Assembly (NCBI GenBank): GCA_965226555.1
Contig: CBDDDG010000016.1
Span: 1 to 64,000 of the forward strand
DNA: 64,000 nt
DNA from: Salinispira sp.
GTDB lineage: Bacteria; Spirochaetota; Spirochaetia; DSM-27196; Salinispiraceae
Direction: 5' to 3'
Numbering within the stretch: position 1 is the first letter of the stretch; every line of letters begins with the position of its first letter. Below the pieces are notes generated by a model, which searched no databases, was not told the DNA's origin, and saw nothing but the letters and a program-made list of their open reading frames with translations. Positions 30,601 to 38,706 of this stretch are shown here, piece after piece. The translations under genes were made by a program, and so were the position numbers.

Positions 30601-32327
30601 AGCAAGTTTTTTCTTTGTTCATCAATTTTACTTTTTTCGTGCTTATAAGCATTATAATGCTCCGTAATTTTTTGAATAGTTTGACCCTGAACAATTTTGT
30701 AAAATTTATTTCCGGTTTTTCCAAGTCTTAAAATAGGATTTTGAAAATCATCCTTATAATCCTCATGCCTTATTTTATTTAGTGTGCTAGAAATTTTTTC
30801 TTCAACAACATCAAGTGCTTCTTTTTTATCTGACAAAACCAGTACCGATTTCTCTTCCACTAATGCTTTGCAAATAATTGCCGTAATTGTATGACTCTTT
30901 CCGGTTCCAGGAGGTCCTTCCAATATCATAAAATTACAATCTGGTTTTTGTAGAGCCATCAAAACTTGTTTTTGCTCATCGTTAAGAGGAATAGGGCTTT
31001 CAAATATAAGTTTTTTAGGAATATCTTTGTCATACCATTCATTTTCAACTTCTTCCATGAAAGATTTTGGATTTTCTTCAATAAAACCATTTAGCAAAGA
31101 AGAAAAATTTTCAAGAACATCCCCATCATCATTCAATATTTCTTCATAATCGTTAATAAGTGCTTCATCTGATTTATCGAATAAAAATAGGTAACCTTTG
31201 TTAGAAAATGAGGTTACGAGATTCATTCCCTTTTGCAATTTTGGATTTTGCAAATCTATATTTTTGTTTAACTCAAAAAAGTTTTCTATTTTTCTGATGT
31301 AATTTTTCAAAATAGAATAAAAGTTTTCTTCTCCAGTTATATATAAAATTCTGTCAGATTCTCCAGCCAAAGTTGATTTCTTTCCTGTTTGCACATTAAA
31401 TTCTTGCACAACAAAATCAATAGCCTTTGTGTTTACAAAAACACGTTTTTCAAATTGAAAAACAAATTTATCTTCCCCTTTAATAATTGTTATTGGTATA
31501 TAAAAAACAGGAAATTTTTCATTACCTAAAGAAAGTTCGTAGAAGTATAAATATATTTCTGTTTTATCTATCAATTTATTATTTCTGTACAATTGGTAAA
31601 TATCAGAAAAGGCATCTCCAATAACATAATTTTCAAAAAATTTGATCAGATTATTTTTAATCTCAGTCAATTTAATAGTATTCTGTAAAGTTTCTTGCAA
31701 ATTGAAATTTTTTTTATCTTGAAAGAAGTTTTGTAAAATTTCAGTATATTTATTTTCAAACACAGCAAAAACAGAGTCTGTAATATCTGTTTCTATTTGA
31801 AATTTACTATTCTCATCAGCGATATCTAAATTTTCAAGTGGTTTATCAAGGTCATTGAGTAATGAAATAATTAGATTTCTTGAGAATATATTTTTTGTTT
31901 TTTCGTTTGATTCCTCCAAAAATTTATCATATTCTTTTGCATACAAAAGTTTATTCTCTTCAACCATGTCTTCAATAAAATTGAAAACATTATCGAGATC
32001 GTTTTGGGAAGATTTTTTGATTCTCGCTTCAATTAAATTAAATAGATTTTGGGGGAGATTTTTGACATATTCACCTTTCTTGATTTGCAAACTTTCTTTT
32101 TTGAAACCACTATTCAAAAGTGAGAATAAGGATTTTTTAAGTTTTGGATATTTTTCAAGGTCAATGCCAACCTGTAATCCGTTTTGAGTTTTTTGAATGG
32201 CGTTTCTTTTGGGAATTCTCCGTTTCTTAAAGTCAGTTTCCAAGAAATTCATAAAATATTTAGCAACCTCTTTCACAAAAGAAGCTGTTTCAATATTTTC
32301 TGATTTTGTAATTTCTTTTTTCGCCAT
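27594..32327 (-). CDS. Upf1/Dna2-like SF1 helicase with a long helical insert and a C-terminal Vsr/DUF559-like endonuclease
   Basis: GPPGTGKS, DEASQ, GDDKQ, CQGEE, NVGFSRAK; C-terminal PQF..YRVDF..IEYDG..H; strongly AT-rich. Confidence 0.85.
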   Translation of the reverse strand: MAKKEITKSENIETASFVKEVAKYFMNFLETDFKKRRIPKRNAIQKTQNGLQVGIDLEKYPKLKKSLFSLLNSGFKKESLQIKKGEYVKNLPQNLFNLIEARIKKSSQNDLDNVFNFIEDMVEENKLLYAKEYDKFLEESNEKTKNIFSRNLIISLLNDLDKPLENLDIADENSKFQIETDITDSVFAVFENKYTEILQNFFQDKKNFNLQETLQNTIKLTEIKNNLIKFFENYVIGDAFSDIYQLYRNNKLIDKTEIYLYFYELSLGNEKFPVFYIPITIIKGEDKFVFQFEKRVFVNTKAIDFVVQEFNVQTGKKSTLAGESDRILYITGEENFYSILKNYIRKIENFFELNKNIDLQNPKLQKGMNLVTSFSNKGYLFLFDKSDEALINDYEEILNDDGDVLENFSSLLNGFIEENPKSFMEEVENEWYDKDIPKKLIFESPIPLNDEQKQVLMALQKPDCNFMILEGPPGTGKSHTITAIICKALVEEKSVLVLSDKKEALDVVEEKISSTLNKIRHEDYKDDFQNPILRLGKTGNKFYKIVQGQTIQKITEHYNAYKHEKSKIDEQRKNLLRTLKKNITENINYFENIDIKDIELYFQNFDRFSTIDWLNSTEEYAINLLRIKKGIQKLSKHDNGLKIDKKLLTDTNYELLNEYQSFLGILSDSKIEFAEKNKNIDINILIQEFDNHAPYDEKIFHSLNSIKTTLSELGILYKNMPAISKLFKPANELNLGVLMRRSGIVDTSFDLFSESEKFLGEAFGNYNIFSHFEIPKNTNSEKAITELRAYVNNLNAIKLPIIGFLFKTKKIETATRNLKKTFSYFGIEKPQRYIKDIQQVSDLFAFVYEKIPNEYTTEESSIYSIFRILIDLLNNNNNEYLSDYKAIKKLQKKLVTEKELIESTISDIGDLEYEIQQVSWNIEVFKQINNIDHVVNELYHIIPDDIKIDSNENCSVFFSNDISKSLNNLIKIIEKIKTFKSDVDYILDIKEKYPEFSEKIKLNISAENINQPSSILSDHTNEEIEEYLKHKNVQSKLEKQFNTYPEDRFSNSISEIENLTTARMTYFLDKSIIEYTQNYANEVGTLKNIVRKKQKFPQALFKNLKKAFPCILAGIRDYAEFIPLEKNLFDLIIIDEASQVSIAQALPALVRGTQIIVLGDDKQFSNVKANHASKVTNQELRKRVQDTFLEERLNGLDKNGWLTKVKENFDIKNSILKFSRFIRNYECQLKKHFRCYPEIISYSDKYFYDKTLQCMKIRGKQIEDIIKIEIIDHDGKFDANKNTNELEMRHIIKKLQEFKEKEIEQSLGIITPHREQVTLLFDRINKLPERDWFFEKCKLKIMTFDTCQGEERDYIFYSMVATKEKDRLSWIFLKDFSSISDEIDGTLRSQRMNVGFSRAKECIHFVLSKPIEEFQGEIKNAMLHYQNELEIGKKRIIKKLDSKMEYEVEKIFYNTKFYKENKDTIEFIPQFELGKYLKQLNKDYNHPNYRVDFLIIFNGLKIVIEYDGFKEHFVDREDVNKSNYKDYMKADDIYRQKILEGYGYKFLRINRFNIGNDPIEILDNRLQNLVKKNFKIQ

Positions 32328-32628
32328 AATTATCTTATGATCCTGTCGGATTTAAGTAAATATTCATCAAAGTATGTAAAATTCATCCGTTAATTTAACA
32401 AAAAATTTACTTATATCACTCAAAAAATCTAATTCCCCACATCAGAATACAGTAAAAACATCTGTTTACGTTCACTTAGCCCTCAAAATTACAAATAATC
32501 CCATATCTTGAACACATTTTTTTACAAAATAAAGTGGATGCTGGGTAAGTCCGACAGGATCTTATTAAATCCTCAATAGAAACACCCGAGGCTTTAGCAA
32601 TTTATGCCATAACCAAAACGGACGGTTT

Positions 32629-32790
32629 TGTTCTTGCTTCGAAAATTCGGACACTTAACTAAGCAACACAACAGGATTTTCCTGCTGTTTTCAAAGCGTA
32701 ATCCATCGGACTCATATAGTCAAGAGATGAATGCATCCTCTCTCGGTTATACCAGTTGATGTATTCAAAAACTATCTTCCGCGCCTGTTC
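32629..32790 (-). mobile_element. IS3-family transposase 3' remnant with right end
   Basis: [28 protein letters not shown], followed by GTGTCCGAATTTTCGAAGCAAGAACA ending in CA. Confidence 0.8.
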
Positions 32791-32823
32791 GCCCAAGTGA
32801 CTGTTATTATGACTGGTCTTTAA

Positions 32824-33480
32824 TTAAAACTGCTGCGGTTGAAAGTCTTCGGCGTTGGTAATGGAGGCGCTGGAACCCGTGGCTTTAATAACAAAGAGTT
32901 TCTTTTTTCGAGCATAGGCATCGGACGATGCAACAACATTAATGTAGGCAACACCCCCGTAGATAATATCGTTCCGAAAGCGGGGCATGGCTGTTCTAAA
33001 TAGTTTCATGCTCTCAAGAAAATGATCCACATCGCTCACTCTGAGAGTGGTTTTAACTTCAACTACCACCGTTTCATTGCCGTTGCAGGCAATAATATCA
33101 AACTCAGCCATCGGTTTTCCCTGAACGTCTTTATATTCTCTTCTGGTCAAAGTTTTGTTTACGGAAATTCCTCTCGTATTGAGCAAATTTACCAAATCGC
33201 CCTCCACCAAGCTCTCTATGAGCTTGCCCCACTGGGAGGTAAAGAGTTCATTGAGTTCTTTGAGCCTGCGGTCGGTTTTCTTCATTTGACGGTCGGTTTT
33301 CTTTATTTGGAGCGCAGTTTCCTGCACTAGGCGGTCGGTTTCCTGCACTAGGCGGTCGGTTTCCTTCTCTCGACGCTTAGCCCGAAGATCAGACTCTTTC
33401 ATCTGGCGAGCGGTCTCTTTCAGGGTTACTGCCGTTTCTGCCATCATGTCTTTAATTTCTTGTACGGTCATTTCTGCCAT
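32824..33480 (-). CDS. Coiled-coil-repeat PD-(D/E)XK nuclease-like protein (DUF3782-like)
   Basis: ETDRLVQ/KTDRQMK heptads, WGKLIE, EFDII..VVVEVK motif; AAGGAG RBS before ATG 33480. Confidence 0.75.
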   Translation of the reverse strand: MAEMTVQEIKDMMAETAVTLKETARQMKESDLRAKRREKETDRLVQETDRLVQETALQIKKTDRQMKKTDRRLKELNELFTSQWGKLIESLVEGDLVNLLNTRGISVNKTLTRREYKDVQGKPMAEFDIIACNGNETVVVEVKTTLRVSDVDHFLESMKLFRTAMPRFRNDIIYGGVAYINVVASSDAYARKKKLFVIKATGSSASITNAEDFQPQQF

Positions 33481-33541
33481 TGTCTTTCTCCTTTGGGATA
33501 TAAACCTTTGAGCTGACCCCTCAGCCGCTGGGGCTATGAAA

Positions 33542-35608
33542 CTAATACCATGATGGATAATTAGTTGTATCCTCAGTACCAACCAGCGTATTCGCATCCA
33601 AGCCGGAATCCAAAAACATATCTGTTGTGGTTCCGGTATAATCGCCAGCGGCATCAAGCGTCCCGGCAGCAAGCGACCAATGATCCTTCCACTCCTCAAG
33701 ATCTTGATCGAATGTGTATGCTTTATTGAACATAGTGTTCATAGTCGTTACCGAGCTGACATCCCAGCCGGAGATATTCTGATCGAATTCGACTGCTTGC
33801 TGGAACATACTTTCCATAGTCGTTACCTTACTGACATCCCAACCCGAGATATTCTGTTTGAATTCGTTTGCTTGATTAAACATAAATGCCATAGTCGTTA
33901 CCTTACTGACATCCCAAGCAGAGATATCGCTATTGAATACGCCTGCGGAAGCGAAGATCCCGTACATAGTCGTTACCGAACTGACATCCCAATTTGAGAT
34001 ATCCTGATTGAATGAGGTTGCTGTAAAAAACACAGCGCTCATATCCGTTACCGAGCTGACATCCCAGTTGGAAAGGCCGCCATTGAAATCGAACGCTCCA
34101 TAAAACATACTGTTTATAGTCGTTACCGCGCTAGTATCCCAACCGGAGATATCGCCATTGAAATGGGTTGCTCCCTTGAACACCTCGGACATGTCCGTTA
34201 TTGCCGTGGTAATAATGTAGTTGAGATCGGCAGTTTGTCCCCAGGTTGATATCCCCGCAGCTATCGCGGCATCCAGTTCATCGTTACCGCCATCGGTATT
34301 AGCAGCGCCAGCGGTTCCATCGCCATCAGCAGGACTCACGGTAACATAAAACTTTTCGGTAAACGTGTTTTCTCCTCCGGTTGCGCCGGATACCACATAT
34401 GTTCCGGCAGTTGTATCTGCGGAAACGGTAATAACTCCGGTACTTGCATCAACTGTCGGGGAGGTAACGATAACTCCTGCGACCGGGGTAGTAGCCGTAG
34501 TCAAAGTAACGGTGAGGCCCTCATCGGCAATTTGGGTATCAATGGCAGCCGAAAGAATGACGGAGGCTGCCGTACCAAAGGAAACCCGTGTCGCAGAAGG
34601 CAGCAGTCTTCTCGTTGCAGGCGCAGACCAGCCGCCATTACCCACCGCGTTGACGGCGCGCACCCGTACATCGTAGGTGGTACCGTTTGTCAGCCCGGTA
34701 ATGGTGGAGCTCGCGGCAGTAATGTCGGAAGCGGTAGTCACATCCAGCCAACTTCCTTCCGGGTCGGTAACTTCGCGATATTGCAGTTCATAGCGAATGA
34801 TTGCGCTGCCGTTGTCATTGGGCGCTGTCCATGCTCCCTCAAATTCGGTGTCTCCGGCTGTGAGCGTGAGAGTTGTCGGCGCATCGGGAACGGCAATAGG
34901 GGTTGTGGTGTCAGTCGCTGGGTTACCATTGCCCTGCTCATTGACAGCGTAGACCCGCACCTCGTACTCGGTGCCGTTTGTCAGGGATGTGATGATGGAC
35001 TCCAGAGGGTTTGCATCCGCAGCAATAGAAACGGGATTTTCCCACGCGCGTGCTCCAACTTCGCGATATTGCCGTTCATAGCGGGTAATGGCGCTGCCGC
35101 CAGTATCGGTCGGCGCAGCCCATGTTGCGGTAATTTGCATATCGTCCGCTGCGAGCGTAAAATTATTCGGCTTCGTGGGAACGGTAATAGGTATTGCTCC
35201 ATCGCTCAATTCCGACCAGTCGCCTGCGCCCGCGCTGTTCCCTGCGCGCACCTGCGCGACGTATTCGGTGCCGTTTGTCAGGTTCGTGATGATGGTCTCT
35301 GTGGCTGGCGCGGGGATTTCGATAATATCCGACCAGCTGATCCCGCCGTCATCGCTATGGCGAAGTTCATACGCGGTAATGTCGCTGCCGCCAGTATCGG
35401 TCGGCGGAGTCCAGTTAACAGTTAGTTGCTCATTCCCCGCTTCAAGGCTTGGGGCAGCCATTTGGGCTGGCGGGGTCGAATCACCCCCCATATTGGGTTT
35501 CGGCCTTGGATCGGGGTCCATGTCCATCATAGGACATCCGGCAATTAATGCAATAAAAAGCGCGCAAAATATAAAAAGGGTTCCCCCTCTCGATAACGTA
35601 GTTCGCAT
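33542..35608 (-). CDS. Surface lipoprotein, 3 FN3 domains plus BspA/DUF285 repeats
   Basis: Lipobox LIAGC; three W..P..GGS.IT.Y...LTNGT.Y...VRA.N FN3 units; 25-aa FNxDISxWDVSxVTTM repeats. Confidence 0.88.
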   Translation of the reverse strand: MRTTLSRGGTLFIFCALFIALIAGCPMMDMDPDPRPKPNMGGDSTPPAQMAAPSLEAGNEQLTVNWTPPTDTGGSDITAYELRHSDDGGISWSDIIEIPAPATETIITNLTNGTEYVAQVRAGNSAGAGDWSELSDGAIPITVPTKPNNFTLAADDMQITATWAAPTDTGGSAITRYERQYREVGARAWENPVSIAADANPLESIITSLTNGTEYEVRVYAVNEQGNGNPATDTTTPIAVPDAPTTLTLTAGDTEFEGAWTAPNDNGSAIIRYELQYREVTDPEGSWLDVTTASDITAASSTITGLTNGTTYDVRVRAVNAVGNGGWSAPATRRLLPSATRVSFGTAASVILSAAIDTQIADEGLTVTLTTATTPVAGVIVTSPTVDASTGVITVSADTTAGTYVVSGATGGENTFTEKFYVTVSPADGDGTAGAANTDGGNDELDAAIAAGISTWGQTADLNYIITTAITDMSEVFKGATHFNGDISGWDTSAVTTINSMFYGAFDFNGGLSNWDVSSVTDMSAVFFTATSFNQDISNWDVSSVTTMYGIFASAGVFNSDISAWDVSKVTTMAFMFNQANEFKQNISGWDVSKVTTMESMFQQAVEFDQNISGWDVSSVTTMNTMFNKAYTFDQDLEEWKDHWSLAAGTLDAAGDYTGTTTDMFLDSGLDANTLVGTEDTTNYPSWY

Positions 35609-35630
35609 AATTCATCTCCTTTGTCATACT

Positions 35631-35697
35631 GAGATCGTTGTACGGCAACGGTCTCATCGGTGATATTATAGTACCGTTCATGTATCCGGAGTGTCAA
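35631..35697 (-). promoter_or_regulatory. Promoter plus conserved 25-bp inverted repeat in the leader
   Basis: TTGACA-N18-TACTAT, then GAGACCGTTG-CCGTA-CAACGATCTC before the AAGGAG RBS. Confidence 0.6.
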
Positions 35698-35890
35698 CAT
35701 TCCATATGAACGTTTTTGAATTTTTCTTTCGATTTTTCGCTTTCTGGCTGTAATCAGTCCGAAGTTCTGTGAAACGCTTGCTTTATGTAAAAGTTTCACG
35801 TAAACTGATGCACATTGGTACAGTGACTATCTATTATCTCAGACAACTTCAGCAACGTGATATTTCACAGGAGCGTGGAAGCAGGAATTC

Positions 35891-36166
35891 ATGATTAGAG
35901 AAACTACCCGTATTATATTCGCCGTTGGTCTGCACGCACGGCCCGCAAACGCCTTTGTCAAAATCGCCAAAACCTTTGAATGTACTATTACCATACAGAA
36001 CATCAGTCGGAACGGAGAAGCCGTTAACGCGAAAAACCTCGTGAAAATTATCAAAATCGCCTGCGCGCAGGATCACGAAGTAGCACTCACCTTCAACGGA
36101 AGCGATGAGGCAGAAGCAGCCGATGCCCTTATGAAATTTCTTGAAGGTAATGCCGAACAAAGATAG
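35891..36166 (+). CDS. HPr-family phosphocarrier
   Basis: GLHARPA (His15), NAK motif, GSDEAEA. Confidence 0.88.
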   Translation: MIRETTRIIFAVGLHARPANAFVKIAKTFECTITIQNISRNGEAVNAKNLVKIIKIACAQDHEVALTFNGSDEAEAADALMKFLEGNAEQR

Positions 36167-36179
36167 CGTACTGGGCGGC

Positions 36180-38588
36180 TTACTTTACCCGTTCGGCTGT
36201 CCGCGGCATAAGATACAATATCTGCATATCATTCTGAATAAGACGGCCAATTGCTTCAAGTTCTTTTTCCAGTTTATCCGCAAGGCTTAAACGGGGAAAC
36301 AGGGATTCGGCAAGCGCGTCGAGAAAAGACATTGAAGCATGGCTGCCGTTCTTGTCCGCAACGGGCACAAGCTCAATGTTTGAATTTCCCAGAACATTCG
36401 CAAGTTCTTCCATGACCTCCCGGTAATTTCCGAGCTTGTCAACCAGACCATTCTCCAGCGCCTGCTCTCCTGTCCATATCCACCCCTGAGCGACCTCATC
36501 AATTTCAGCAGGGGAAACTTCCCGATATTCAGCAGCCTGATTCACAAAGGTCTCATAAAAACTGGCAATTGTGTTCTGCCAGATTTCCGCCTCCTGTTCC
36601 GATTCCTTATTGAAAAGGTTTGAGAGATCATCAAAATTGGCTGTGGACGAAGGCTTCACACCGTCCCAGACAATACCAAGTTCTTCCGAAAGCCCTGCCA
36701 GATTAACCCTGGCCGCAATAACCCCAATTGAACCGGTAATTGTTACCGGTGAGGCAATAATGAGATCGCCGGGCGCAGAAATGTAGTAGCCGCCGGAACC
36801 TGCGACACTCCCCATCCACACCAGAAGAGGTTTCTTCTCGGCGGCCTTCGCCAGAGCTCGGGCAACATTCTCAGATGCAAGCCCGCTTCCCCCCGGACTA
36901 TTAACACGCAGAAGAATTGCCTTCATGTCCGGGGCAGCAGCCGCGCGCTCAATAAGCGGAATAATCGACTTATCGCCAATAACACTCCCCTGCACTCCCT
37001 GCCCGGGAACAATTTGCCCGTCCGCATAAATTAATGCGACCTTTGTGTTACCGGCATCCGGCCATGAACGGGCAACCCGTTCTCCACTGAGGTGGAGTTG
37101 GGGCTTACCGTAATTTTCTGCCACATAGGCATCGAAGTCATCCTCGTACATCAGACCATCGACAAGACCCGTTTCGAGGGCACGCCGGGCAGTTAAGTAG
37201 GGCCCGCCGTCTATTGCCTCCTGAGAAGAAACAGTGAGGTTCCGCGCAGAGAGCATATCGTTGAATAGGCGGTAATAGGCATTCACAATGGCTTCAAGCT
37301 GTTCCCGCTTATAGGGAGTCATCGCTTCTTTGCTGAAGGTATCGAAGGCACTCTTTCCGGGATGACTGTTGTAAACAGTTACCTCGGCACCGAGTTCGTC
37401 CAGAAAATTCTTCAAATAGGCATCGACCTGTGAATAGCCGAATAAAAGCACTGAACCGCTGGGGTGCACATAGATTTCATCGGCAATAGAAGCGGCAAAG
37501 AGATAGGAAACATTCCCGTACACATCGGAATAGAAAATTATCTGCTTCTCTGCCTCCCGGCATTCTGCGAATGCTTTCCGCACTTCATCGTAGTTGGCAA
37601 TTGTCATGGAAATGGTATTCTGTTTGAAAATGATACCATTGATGTTGGGGTCGCTGCACATTTTATGAATTTCATGAATGGTTTCCAGTAATCCCTTCCC
37701 CCGGTCAACGGGAGGGAACAGGGGGAAGTCCGGCGAATTGTCCTGCTGCTCGGTAATTTTTCCAAGCTGATATTCCACCATGCGGCTGGGAGGTTCACCA
37801 ATGACGGAATCGAAAATCCGCGGTGAAATATGTACATAGGCATTCGTCCTGTCGATGTTCAGCTCACTATCAACCAGTACATTGTTTCCGGCTCTCACGA
37901 AGGAACCGGAGAGGGAGAGCCCGACATTCCAGCTATTATCCTGAAAATTATAACCGCCATCAATACGGATACCATCGACCGGTTCAATAATTGCCTGAAT
38001 AAGAGGAAGATCAAATTCACCATCGAAAGAAGAGCCGACACCAAGGGTTATGCGGTCGGTGAAGGGACGGAGAGCGAGCGAAAAATCGATATACGGGGAT
38101 CGGAGTCCCTTCAATCCTCCAACAGCGCCCAGCGATACCCATGGGAGCGGACGGAGAAGAAAGGCGCCCGAAATATCCATAACTGCGAACTGATCCTCCG
38201 GCCATTGCGCCGAGAAGCCAAGGGAAAAATAGTCGCCGATGGGAATACCCGCCCCTACCCGATGACGAAAAAGCGTGTGCTCAATATCAAAGCCGATACT
38301 GTAGGAAAAGAAATCGCTGTTGAGAAAAACATCGAGTGATTGCAGATATATCGGTGAAAGCGAGTCGCCCATATCTGTTTGTCTGCTGATCTGAGCATGT
38401 ACCGCGAAGCCCGAAGACGCGCCCTGGGTAAGAGCCGCGGGGTTATGTATGACTGCCTGAAAATCGTCCCCAGTGGCCGCAAGCCCTGGCAAGGAACCGG
38501 GCGGCAAACTAGGCGGCAGAGCCGCAAGGGGGCGAAGGGGCGCAAGCAAAAAAGCGCAAAGGGCCGTAATGAGCACGATGTATTTCAT
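36180..38588 (-). CDS. sppA: Signal peptide peptidase SppA with an N-terminal beta-rich domain
   Basis: Two S49 domains; RVNSPGGS, AGSGGYY, ITGSIGV; signal peptide. Confidence 0.85.
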   Translation of the reverse strand: MKYIVLITALCAFLLAPLRPLAALPPSLPPGSLPGLAATGDDFQAVIHNPAALTQGASSGFAVHAQISRQTDMGDSLSPIYLQSLDVFLNSDFFSYSIGFDIEHTLFRHRVGAGIPIGDYFSLGFSAQWPEDQFAVMDISGAFLLRPLPWVSLGAVGGLKGLRSPYIDFSLALRPFTDRITLGVGSSFDGEFDLPLIQAIIEPVDGIRIDGGYNFQDNSWNVGLSLSGSFVRAGNNVLVDSELNIDRTNAYVHISPRIFDSVIGEPPSRMVEYQLGKITEQQDNSPDFPLFPPVDRGKGLLETIHEIHKMCSDPNINGIIFKQNTISMTIANYDEVRKAFAECREAEKQIIFYSDVYGNVSYLFAASIADEIYVHPSGSVLLFGYSQVDAYLKNFLDELGAEVTVYNSHPGKSAFDTFSKEAMTPYKREQLEAIVNAYYRLFNDMLSARNLTVSSQEAIDGGPYLTARRALETGLVDGLMYEDDFDAYVAENYGKPQLHLSGERVARSWPDAGNTKVALIYADGQIVPGQGVQGSVIGDKSIIPLIERAAAAPDMKAILLRVNSPGGSGLASENVARALAKAAEKKPLLVWMGSVAGSGGYYISAPGDLIIASPVTITGSIGVIAARVNLAGLSEELGIVWDGVKPSSTANFDDLSNLFNKESEQEAEIWQNTIASFYETFVNQAAEYREVSPAEIDEVAQGWIWTGEQALENGLVDKLGNYREVMEELANVLGNSNIELVPVADKNGSHASMSFLDALAESLFPRLSLADKLEKELEAIGRLIQNDMQILYLMPRTAERVK

Positions 38589-38706
38589 ATTGATTTCTCC
38601 TTTTTACCTCATGGAAACTTTATGCAATTTCCCGTGGACATGTCAAGGAAGAGGTTTACCCCGCTGGTGTACCCGCGGTTTTACCAGCGCCCGCACCTCC
38701 CCGATT

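Noticed and set aside
34532..35425. Long antisense ORFs (also 25951-26745, 39196-40062, 60317-60973)
   Set aside because: Shadows of well-supported genes on the opposite strand with no recognisable motifs
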